Below, piece by piece: positions 54,650 to 62,816 of a DNA stretch of 64,000 bases. Position 1 is the first letter of the stretch; every line of letters starts with the position of its first letter. The translations under genes and the position numbers were made by a program. Below the pieces are notes generated by a model that worked only from the letters and a program-made list of their open reading frames with translations, was not told the DNA's origin and did not search any database. Source of the DNA: Elusimicrobia bacterium GWB2_63_22 (GTDB taxonomy: Bacteria > Elusimicrobiota > Elusimicrobia > Elusimicrobiales > UBA9959); contig MGUA01000012.1 in NCBI GenBank assembly GCA_001799735.1, forward strand, positions 97,108 through 161,107, in the 5' to 3' direction.

Positions 54650-57600
54650 ATGAAGAAAAACATACTCGCTATCTCTATTTTCCTGCTCGGCTGGGCGGCC
54701 CCGCTGCCGGCGGAGATCATCACCTACCAGGGCCGGCTGAAAGAAGCCAGCCTGCCCGTCAATGACAACCGCCTCTTCCTTTTTGAATTCTGCGATGACG
54801 AATCCGCCGGGGCCTGCACTGCGTCGCCCTCCGGCGCGCAGCCTTTCGCTGTGCAGAACGGTCTCTTTAAATCCACCTTCACCGCGCCCGCCGTAAATCT
54901 GACTTCCGGCCAGTGGTATCTCAAGGTGTCCGTGGCGGGCACCCCTCTGACCCCCCGCGAGCGCCTTACCGCGGTGCCGTACGCCGTTTACGCTTCCTCC
55001 TCCGCCTATTCCTCCATGTCCGTCCAGAAGACGGGGGATACCATGTCCGGGCAGCTGACCCTGGACGGCTCGACACTTACCGTTACCGGCAACGAATTCT
55101 CCGTGGGCGGTTCTACCCTGACGGTAAAATACGGAAATGTCGGCGTAGGCACGCAGAACCCTTTGGGCGCCCTGCACGTGGACCGCGCCGTTAACGCCCC
55201 GCTGCTGGTAGGCGGCCCCACCGTTTCGTACACCGCGGCGGACGCCGCCATACAGGACAGCGGGTCCCTGCTGCTGCGGTCAGCGCTGCTTGCAGGTATC
55301 GGCAGCGAGGCGGATATCGTGGCCGTAGGCAAGGTGACCGGTTGTTTTAATTCCACTCTTTCGCTGTGGACGCGTCCCGACGGCTGTGCCGGGGTAAGCC
55401 CGGTCCGCAGGATGATCGTCAACGAATTCGGCAACGTGGGCATCAGCACCTTCACTCCCCAGGCCCGCCTGGATGTGCTGGCGGCGGGCGCCTCACCGGA
55501 CGCCATCGCCCAGATCTGGCGCGATTCTTCCGGCGTCGTGGTCTCTTCCGTCAGCGCCACCGGCATGGTGATGGGCGTCAAGTTTATCGGCGACGGCTCG
55601 GGCCTTATCAACGTGGCCGCGACCACCGGCGTGGACGCGACCAAAGTGGCCAAGGCCGGGGATACCATGACCGGGCAGCTGACCTTGGACGCCTCCACGC
55701 TGACGGTCACCGGCAACGCCTTCAGCGTGTCCGGCTCCACCCTGGTGGTGGCGGACGGCAAGGTCGGTATCGGGGCCGAAGTCCCCCAGGCCAAGCTGCA
55801 CATAAGTTCCGGCGGGATGATAATAGACGGCGATGTCGCGGGGGTCATGCTGCACGTAAAAGCTCCGCCCAGCGGGACCACCACCCGCATCAGCCTGGAA
55901 GGCTCCGACAGCAACAGCTTCCAGGCCTACGAATTAAAACAGCCGAGCCGGACCTGGTGGATAGCGCAGAACCTTGGCAATTTCAGCGACGGCCGCCTGC
56001 AGATCTTCGACGCCTCCGCCTCCAATTACCGGGCCGTCTTCTTTGCCACCGGCGACATCGGGTTGGGGGGGACCGACGCGCAGACCGCCCCGGTCCTGAT
56101 GGTGAAGCCTTCCGGCCTTGTCGGCATAGGCGCGAATTCCCCCGGGGCCGCTTTGGACGTGCGGGCCCCCGGCACGATTGACATGGCGCAGATCTGGCGC
56201 GATCCCGCCGGCACCGTAGTCAGTTCCGTCTCCGTCTCCGGAGTTATGCGGGCGATACAGTTCGTTGGCGACGGCTCGGGGCTGACCAACGTGGCCGCGG
56301 CCACCGGCGTGGACGCCAGCAAGGTGGCCAAGGCCGGCGACACCATGACCGGCCAGCTGACGCTGGCCGCTTCCACGCTGACAGTTACAGGCAACGCCTT
56401 CAGCGTGGGCGGCTCCACGCTGGTAGTGGACGGCGGCAATGTCGGTATCGGCGTGGCCTCCCCCTGGTCCAGGCTTACTATAGCGGGCGGCGTCGGCAAC
56501 GAGATAGAGATCCCTTCCGCCGGCACCAACGTGCAGATCCTGGGCACCGGCTCTCCGGCCCAGTTCCAGATAGGCGGAGGCACCTCCTTCGAGGCCTTGA
56601 TCGGGGCCACTCCCCGCCTGGTCATCGACGGCGCCGGCAACACTTCCGTCAGCACCCTCGCCGCCTCCGGCAGCATCACCGCGGCGCGCTACCAGATAAA
56701 TGGCGCCAACGTGCTTGCGCTGTTGCCCGGCATAGACAGCCTGGGGGTGGGAAAGTTCGCCGGGCTTGTAAACACCGGGGACAGCAACGTGTTTCTCGGC
56801 TATGCTGCGGGTTACTACAACACTACGGCGGCCCAAAACACCTTCATCGGCTATGAGGCCGGGTATTCCAATGTCAGCGGAGGTAATAATTCTTTCCTTG
56901 GCTATAAAGCCGGAGCCTCCAACCTTACAGGCGGTAACAATTCGCTTGTGGGCTATCAGACGGCCTATTTTAACCAGACGGGTTCTGCTAACGCCATCTT
57001 CGGCAACGACGCCGGTGGTTTCGGCAGCGCGGCCTCGAACTCTTTCTCCAGTTCGACTATTGTCGGGTACAGGGGTGGTTACAACCTGACTACGGGCTCG
57101 GATAACACTTTTCTCGGCTGGCAGTCCGGATATAACGTCACTACCGGCAACGGCAATATAATCATCGGCTACGGCCAGAACGCGCAGGCCGCCGGCGCCA
57201 ACAGTTCTCTCAACATCGGCGGGGTGCTGTTCGGCGACCTGGCCGCCGGGACCATAGGTATCTCCACGGGGAACCCGCAGGCCGCGCTGGACATGGTTTC
57301 CACCGCCACGGACCCCAATGTGTACGCGCAGCTCTGGCGCAACAGCGCGGGCGTTATCGTGGGGTCGATGTCCTCTACCGGCAATATGACCGCCGTGCGT
57401 TACGCCGGCGACGGCTCCGGCCTGACCAACGTGGCGGCTACCACCGGCGTGGACGCCAGCAAGGTGGCCAAGGCCGGCGACACCATGACCGGGCAGCTGA
57501 CCCTGGCGGGCAGTTCCCTGACCATGCATACAGCCGGCGTCGTTAATTTTACCGCCGACGCGGCCGGGCATGTGGGCATAAACGGCTACCCTGACGCCGC

Positions 57601-60600
57601 GTCCGGGCTGCATATCTCGGGGACCGGCTCCTACGAAGCCGGGATCAGGCTGAACAACGGCGGCACGGTATGGAGCATGAGCAATACCGGCGGCCCGCTT
57701 TCATTCATAAAAGTGGATGGTTCCACGTACACGCCGTTCACGTTCTCCCAGACCGGAGTGCTTACGGCGGTCAGCAGCCCTGCGGGCAACAGTGAGGTCC
57801 ACGCCGACCGTTTTTACGGCAGCGGCGCTAACTTGACCGGGGTGCTGGACTCCACCAAACTTCCTCTCTCCGGGGGAACAATGAGCGGCGGTTTGATCAT
57901 AGGAGACGTGTCAGGGACGGCCTTCAGGGTGGGCGGCTCCACTCTTACCGTGACTAACGGCAGGGTCGGAATCAATACCGCCTCCCCCGCCGAGGCTCTG
58001 GATATCGGTTCCGGCAATCTGCGCCTGATGGCCGGAGGGATGCTGGAGTGGGGCAGCGCGGCTCTCTCCATTTTAGCCTCCGCCCCCGGCATGGCTTTTT
58101 ATGAAGGAGGCCAGGTGCGTCTCAACATCAGTTCCTTTGGCGGGTACACCTCCGTGGGCGCGGGCGATATTTTAGGCGTCAATATAGATACCACCTCCGC
58201 CCTGCACGTGGCGGCCAAGGCCAGCCCGGGCGCCGACGGCAGGGTGGCCGTTTTCGGCGATCTCCGCAGCAACGGTTCCGTCTCCGGCCAGTATCTGGCC
58301 TCCGGCAACTTTGAAACTACCATAGAGGGCGCGGACAGCGCGGACCTGGCCGCCGGCCTGCGCGCCGTTATCAGGCATGAGAATGCCGGGGTCGGAGTGG
58401 TTAAGAAAGCCTACGGGCTCATCGTGGATGACCTGCAGAACAGCGGGGGCACGATAGACACCACCTACGGCGTCTATATCGGAACGCAGACGGCGGGAGC
58501 GCAGGTCAATCCCCCGTACAGCCTGTACGCGGCCGACCAGGCAGCCTGGAATTATTTCGGCGGGCGCGTCGGCATCGGCACGGAGTCGCCCCAGGATATG
58601 CTGCACATGATCGGCGCCAACCCGTGGATACAGATAAGGGATACCGGCGGCACCAAGGGCGCCTCTATCGGCATGGACGTCAACAAGCTGCGCTTCGACG
58701 AATCGGGCATGGGTAACAGGATGGTCCTGGACCTCAACACTTCCCGCGTGGGCATCAACACGCTTGGCCCTAACTATACCCTGGACGTGCAGGGCGGCTA
58801 TGTTAACGCCTCGGGCGGTCTCTGCATAAACGATAACTGCGTCAGCGACTGGGGCAGCGCCGGCGTCTGGAGCAGGAACGGCTTGGTTGTGTCTCCCTCC
58901 AACGCCTCCAATAACGTGCTGATACAGTCCACGCTGACCGTGGCAGGCAACGCCTTCAGCGTGGGCGGGTCTACGCTGGTCGTCGACGCGGGAAGGGTCG
59001 GCATCGGCGTCCCGAACCCCACCGTCGCGCTGGACGTCAGCGGAGGGATAAACGCTACTACCATTTACGCGGGGAATTCCGTGTCGGCTGCCAGCATAGT
59101 GAAGGTGAACGGCGGCGGCATGGTCGCCCTGGAATCTGTGGCGGGGAACTCCAATATTTCCGCCACCGCCGCGGGCGCTAAGAACATGACCTTCACGACC
59201 GACTCGGTGGAGAGGATGCGCATAGACAGCAACGGGAGGGTAGGCGTGGGAACCGCTTTGCCGGCCTACGCGCTGCATGTTTCTTCCGGCGACGCTTCCG
59301 GCTGGAGGCCTGACGTGATGATAGAGAGTACGGCTTCAGGTACCCCGCAGCTCCTGCTGCAGTCAGGCGGGCACCAGGGCCGTATTGCGACCTCCGGCAG
59401 CAACGGCGGGACGTACATCGGCAGCATGACCAACGACTTCGTGAGCCTGCATACCAACGGCGTCGAAGTGATTCGCCTGGCTACGGACAAAAAAGTCGGT
59501 ATTGGCGCTACCTCTCCCGGAGCGCTCCTGGAGATCCGGGACAACGCCGCCGCCAATAGCTACATGTTATTGATCGGGACCGGGGCGTCCGGTTCCTTCG
59601 TAAGCATTTCGTCCATGGGCGTAGTCGGCATAGGCTACGGCAATCCTTCCACCAGTACCGTCCTGCACGCCCAGGCCGTGGCCACCAACCTCACCGCGGG
59701 CGAAGACGTGGCCGCCGGTCTTATAGGCAGCGCGCGCGCGATAGGCACCGGCCCCGAGGACGTGGCGGTGGGCGGTGACTTCCGGGCTGAAGCCGACGGC
59801 AACCAGAACCTGGCCTTCCTGGCGGGCCTGCACGCCAACGTGGAGCGCACCAGCGCCGGCACCGGCGTAATAGCCAACGCGGTGGGCCTCTATATCGACA
59901 TGCCGCGCAACGGCTCGTCCCCCGGAGGCTTCACTGATACCTACGGCATTTACATAGCCACCCAGACCTCCGGGAACCAGACCAACCTGCCGTACGCCGT
60001 CTATTCGGAGGACCAGAACGCCCGCGCCTATTTCGCGGGTAAGATGGGCCTTGGTACGGCCAGCCCCCGCTACGCGCTGGAGATCTCCAGCGCGGCCGGG
60101 AGTTCCGACCAGATGCTGGTGGTCTCCACCGGCACGGATATGGTCTTCGGCGTAAAGGGTAACGGCGAGGTCTACGGCGCCAAGTTCATCGGCGACGGTT
60201 CGGGGCTGGTCAACGTCGTTATGAACGGCGGCACTATGTCCCAGCCGCTCGTCATTAATGCGGATACGGCCGTCTATCCCTCCAATCTGGTGACTGCCGG
60301 GCTGGTCATCTCTACGTCGGGTGCGCTGCAGACCGCCGGCATGGGCAACGGCGGCATAGTCGGCAACCCGCGCGGTATCGGCGCGGTGGACCTGCAGACT
60401 AGCCGGTTAGCGGCTACCGAAGTGGCTTCCGCGGCGTACTCCGTGGTCGGCGGCGGCAAGGGGAACAAGGCGACGATTGCATTCGCGGTCGCTTCCGGCG
60501 GCAACAACAACATCGCCTCGGGCGGTTATTCTGTGGTAGGCGGCGGAGCCTCCAACACGTCCAGTAATGGCTGGACTACCGTTGGCGGCGGCTCTAGCAA

Positions 60601-62773
60601 CGTGGCTTCGCAGAATAACGCTACGGTCGGCGGAGGAAGTGCTAACATCGCTTCCGGCTATTCCGCCACCGTCGGCGGCGGCAGCAGTAACTTGGTTTCA
60701 GGGAACATTTCCGCCGTGGGCGGCGGCAGCAATAACTCGGTTTCAGGAATCATTTCGGCCGTGGGCGGCGGCGAGTACAACGTCGTCTCCGGCTCGGATT
60801 CAGCTGTCGCCGGCGGTTCCTATAATACCGTGGTCGGTACTTCCGCCGTGGTGGCGGGTGGTTATAACAACAAGGCCGGGGGGGTGTACTCCTTCATTGG
60901 CGGCGGTTCCGGAAATACGGCCCTGGATTACTCGCTGGTCGCCGGCGGGGCCTCCAACAACGCCATGGGCTACTATACCGCCATCGGCGGCGGCCGCGGC
61001 AACTATGGCGCCTACTTCGCGACCATAGGCGGCGGCTCCAACAACAGGGTCGAAGGGTACTTTGCGGTTGTTTCCGGAGGCGAGAATAACCTCTCCACCG
61101 CCCCGTATTCGGTGGTGGGCGGCGGCCTGTTCAATACCTCCAGCGGCACCTACTCCGGCGTGCTGGCCGGGCATATGAACGAGGCTTTAGGCACAGCGGC
61201 CGCCATCGGCGGCGGCCGCAGCAACAGGGCGACCGGCGAAAATTCCTTTGTCGGCGGCGGCAGCGGCAATATCGCCTTTGACCTCGGCACCACGGTGGCC
61301 GGCGGCGTCACTAATACCGCCAACGAGGCCTACTCGTTCGTGGGCGGCGGCAACCAGAACAACGCCGCGACAGGTTATACCGCTATAGCCGGCGGCTATC
61401 AGAACACTATCGGGACCGTCGGCGGGGACGGCGCCTACTCTTTCATCGGGGCCGGCTACAGCAACGAGACCCAGACCGATTACACCGTTATCGGCGGCGG
61501 TATAGATAACTACATCACTAACGCCGGCATGTACAGCGTGATCGGCGGCGGCGGCGGCAATACGGTCAGCGCGCAATACGCCGCCGTAGTGGGCGGCCTG
61601 AATAATTCCGCGAAGGGCCAGTATTCTTTCGTCGGCGGCGGCGGGCCTAACGCCACCATTACCGGCAACGAGGCCGCGGGGGACTTCTCTGCGGTGGTGG
61701 GCGGCAGTTCCAATACCGTGACGGCCCAGCTCGGCTTTGTCGGCGGCGGCGATGATAACCACGTGTACGGCGACAGGGGCGTGGCGGTGGGCGGCGCCAG
61801 GAACACGGCCGGCGTGACCGGGACCAAGTTCCATGCCGCGGTGGTGGGCGGCCAGGATAACAGGGCCATAGGCGAGGGCTCCTTCGTGGGCGGCGGCGCC
61901 GCCAACACGGCCTTCGGCAATTATTCCGTAGTGCCGGGCGGGCACAGCAACTGGGCCGGCGGCAGTAATTCTTTCGCGGCCGGCTATACTTCCACCGCGG
62001 CCGCCGACGGCTCTTTTGCCTGGAACGACGCCAGCGTGGATTCGCTCGTCAATACCTACACGAACCAGGTGCAGTTCAGGGCCACCGGCGGCTTCTGGGT
62101 GTCCACCGGGACCATACACGCGACGCCGGGTCTGTTTGTCAGCATGGCCAACTGGGTGGGTATGGGCACCGACGCGCCTGCCAAGATGCTGCATATTAAA
62201 AATCAGAACGTGGTGCCGGATATACGCCTGGAGCGCGGCTTCGGCGGGAATTATTGGGATATCGGCGGCCTTAGCGGGACGTATTTTAATATCGCCTATG
62301 GCGGCACCATGCACATAAGTGTCTCTGATAGCGGCGGCCAGGTGGGTATAGGCGTGAGTCCTACCACCAGCCGGCTCCAGATCAACGGAGACCTGGGCCT
62401 TGGCGACGGCACGGCGGTTGGCAATGCTCCGATAGTTATACGGCTTACAGCGGCGGCGGCGGTGCAGGACGGCGACGTGGTGGTAGCGAGCGGCGGCAAT
62501 CAGTTCAGCACTACACTTACCGGGAACGACTACCGGGCTATCGGGGTCGCGGTCGGGGCGACCGCCGGGGGGAGCGTCGGGAAGGTCGCGGTAGGTGGCG
62601 TGGCGCTGGTCAACTGTGCGGCTGGCCCTACCGCCGGTCAGCACGCTGTTGCCAGTGCGACGGCCGGGCAGGCCGCGGGAACGATCACCCCTGCAGCCGG
62701 GAGCAGCATCGGCCAATTCCTTACCAGCTGCGGGACCCCTTCGGCCGGCAAGGCTTACCTGTTGCTGAATTAA
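54650..62773 (+). CDS. Giant secreted fibre-like protein: tail-fibre-type modules + N-x-F-x-G-Y repeats + ~1.6 kb YadA-head-like G-G-G-x-x-N repeats (2707 aa from ATG 54650)
   Basis: I prefer ATG 54650 (MKKNILAISIFLLGWAAPLPAE, GGAGG RBS 8 nt upstream) to the track's TTG 54608. Five or six K-x-GDTM(T/S)GQLTL / LPLSGGTMSGGL motifs and at least a dozen (G/N)xVGIGTxxPxxxLxV motifs, both hallmarks of phage tail-fibre-like proteins. NTFIGYEAGYSN-type repeats. A long array of SVVGGGxxNxAxGxx units. No T9SS-type C-terminal domain. Confidence 0.85.
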   Translation: MKKNILAISIFLLGWAAPLPAEIITYQGRLKEASLPVNDNRLFLFEFCDDESAGACTASPSGAQPFAVQNGLFKSTFTAPAVNLTSGQWYLKVSVAGTPLTPRERLTAVPYAVYASSSAYSSMSVQKTGDTMSGQLTLDGSTLTVTGNEFSVGGSTLTVKYGNVGVGTQNPLGALHVDRAVNAPLLVGGPTVSYTAADAAIQDSGSLLLRSALLAGIGSEADIVAVGKVTGCFNSTLSLWTRPDGCAGVSPVRRMIVNEFGNVGISTFTPQARLDVLAAGASPDAIAQIWRDSSGVVVSSVSATGMVMGVKFIGDGSGLINVAATTGVDATKVAKAGDTMTGQLTLDASTLTVTGNAFSVSGSTLVVADGKVGIGAEVPQAKLHISSGGMIIDGDVAGVMLHVKAPPSGTTTRISLEGSDSNSFQAYELKQPSRTWWIAQNLGNFSDGRLQIFDASASNYRAVFFATGDIGLGGTDAQTAPVLMVKPSGLVGIGANSPGAALDVRAPGTIDMAQIWRDPAGTVVSSVSVSGVMRAIQFVGDGSGLTNVAAATGVDASKVAKAGDTMTGQLTLAASTLTVTGNAFSVGGSTLVVDGGNVGIGVASPWSRLTIAGGVGNEIEIPSAGTNVQILGTGSPAQFQIGGGTSFEALIGATPRLVIDGAGNTSVSTLAASGSITAARYQINGANVLALLPGIDSLGVGKFAGLVNTGDSNVFLGYAAGYYNTTAAQNTFIGYEAGYSNVSGGNNSFLGYKAGASNLTGGNNSLVGYQTAYFNQTGSANAIFGNDAGGFGSAASNSFSSSTIVGYRGGYNLTTGSDNTFLGWQSGYNVTTGNGNIIIGYGQNAQAAGANSSLNIGGVLFGDLAAGTIGISTGNPQAALDMVSTATDPNVYAQLWRNSAGVIVGSMSSTGNMTAVRYAGDGSGLTNVAATTGVDASKVAKAGDTMTGQLTLAGSSLTMHTAGVVNFTADAAGHVGINGYPDAASGLHISGTGSYEAGIRLNNGGTVWSMSNTGGPLSFIKVDGSTYTPFTFSQTGVLTAVSSPAGNSEVHADRFYGSGANLTGVLDSTKLPLSGGTMSGGLIIGDVSGTAFRVGGSTLTVTNGRVGINTASPAEALDIGSGNLRLMAGGMLEWGSAALSILASAPGMAFYEGGQVRLNISSFGGYTSVGAGDILGVNIDTTSALHVAAKASPGADGRVAVFGDLRSNGSVSGQYLASGNFETTIEGADSADLAAGLRAVIRHENAGVGVVKKAYGLIVDDLQNSGGTIDTTYGVYIGTQTAGAQVNPPYSLYAADQAAWNYFGGRVGIGTESPQDMLHMIGANPWIQIRDTGGTKGASIGMDVNKLRFDESGMGNRMVLDLNTSRVGINTLGPNYTLDVQGGYVNASGGLCINDNCVSDWGSAGVWSRNGLVVSPSNASNNVLIQSTLTVAGNAFSVGGSTLVVDAGRVGIGVPNPTVALDVSGGINATTIYAGNSVSAASIVKVNGGGMVALESVAGNSNISATAAGAKNMTFTTDSVERMRIDSNGRVGVGTALPAYALHVSSGDASGWRPDVMIESTASGTPQLLLQSGGHQGRIATSGSNGGTYIGSMTNDFVSLHTNGVEVIRLATDKKVGIGATSPGALLEIRDNAAANSYMLLIGTGASGSFVSISSMGVVGIGYGNPSTSTVLHAQAVATNLTAGEDVAAGLIGSARAIGTGPEDVAVGGDFRAEADGNQNLAFLAGLHANVERTSAGTGVIANAVGLYIDMPRNGSSPGGFTDTYGIYIATQTSGNQTNLPYAVYSEDQNARAYFAGKMGLGTASPRYALEISSAAGSSDQMLVVSTGTDMVFGVKGNGEVYGAKFIGDGSGLVNVVMNGGTMSQPLVINADTAVYPSNLVTAGLVISTSGALQTAGMGNGGIVGNPRGIGAVDLQTSRLAATEVASAAYSVVGGGKGNKATIAFAVASGGNNNIASGGYSVVGGGASNTSSNGWTTVGGGSSNVASQNNATVGGGSANIASGYSATVGGGSSNLVSGNISAVGGGSNNSVSGIISAVGGGEYNVVSGSDSAVAGGSYNTVVGTSAVVAGGYNNKAGGVYSFIGGGSGNTALDYSLVAGGASNNAMGYYTAIGGGRGNYGAYFATIGGGSNNRVEGYFAVVSGGENNLSTAPYSVVGGGLFNTSSGTYSGVLAGHMNEALGTAAAIGGGRSNRATGENSFVGGGSGNIAFDLGTTVAGGVTNTANEAYSFVGGGNQNNAATGYTAIAGGYQNTIGTVGGDGAYSFIGAGYSNETQTDYTVIGGGIDNYITNAGMYSVIGGGGGNTVSAQYAAVVGGLNNSAKGQYSFVGGGGPNATITGNEAAGDFSAVVGGSSNTVTAQLGFVGGGDDNHVYGDRGVAVGGARNTAGVTGTKFHAAVVGGQDNRAIGEGSFVGGGAANTAFGNYSVVPGGHSNWAGGSNSFAAGYTSTAAADGSFAWNDASVDSLVNTYTNQVQFRATGGFWVSTGTIHATPGLFVSMANWVGMGTDAPAKMLHIKNQNVVPDIRLERGFGGNYWDIGGLSGTYFNIAYGGTMHISVSDSGGQVGIGVSPTTSRLQINGDLGLGDGTAVGNAPIVIRLTAAAAVQDGDVVVASGGNQFSTTLTGNDYRAIGVAVGATAGGSVGKVAVGGVALVNCAAGPTAGQHAVASATAGQAAGTITPAAGSSIGQFLTSCGTPSAGKAYLLLN
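56783..57178 (+). repeat. Intragenic N-x-F-(L/I)-G-Y-x-A-G-x-x-N-x-(T/S)-G repeat block
   Basis: NVFLGYAAGYYNTTAAQNTFIGYEAGYSNVSGGNNSFLGYKAGASNLTGGNNSLVGYQTAYFNQTGSANAIFG...DNTFLGWQSGYNVTTGNGNIIIGYG. Confidence 0.7.
60431..61995 (+). repeat. Intragenic array of ~35-40 degenerate 14-15-aa units (x-S-x-V-G-G-G-x-x-N-x-A-x-G), YadA-head / beta-roll-like
   Basis: AYSVVGGGKGNKATIAFAVASGGNNNIASGGYSVVGGGASNTSSNGWTTVGGGSSNVASQNNATVGGGSANIASGYSATVGGGSSNLVSGNISAVGGGSNNSVSG..., continuing to ...NSFAAGYTS. Confidence 0.75.
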
Positions 62774-62816
62774 AATCTTGAAAGGATGGAATTAAGGAGA
62801 GCGTAGCGGACGCAGT

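Noticed and set aside
54650-62773. Prophage or tailocin interpretation of the tail-fibre-like giant gene
   Set aside because: No capsid, terminase, portal, baseplate, sheath, integrase or lysis genes anywhere in the window. The protein has a Sec signal peptide and sits in an operon-like array with outer-membrane and secreted proteins.
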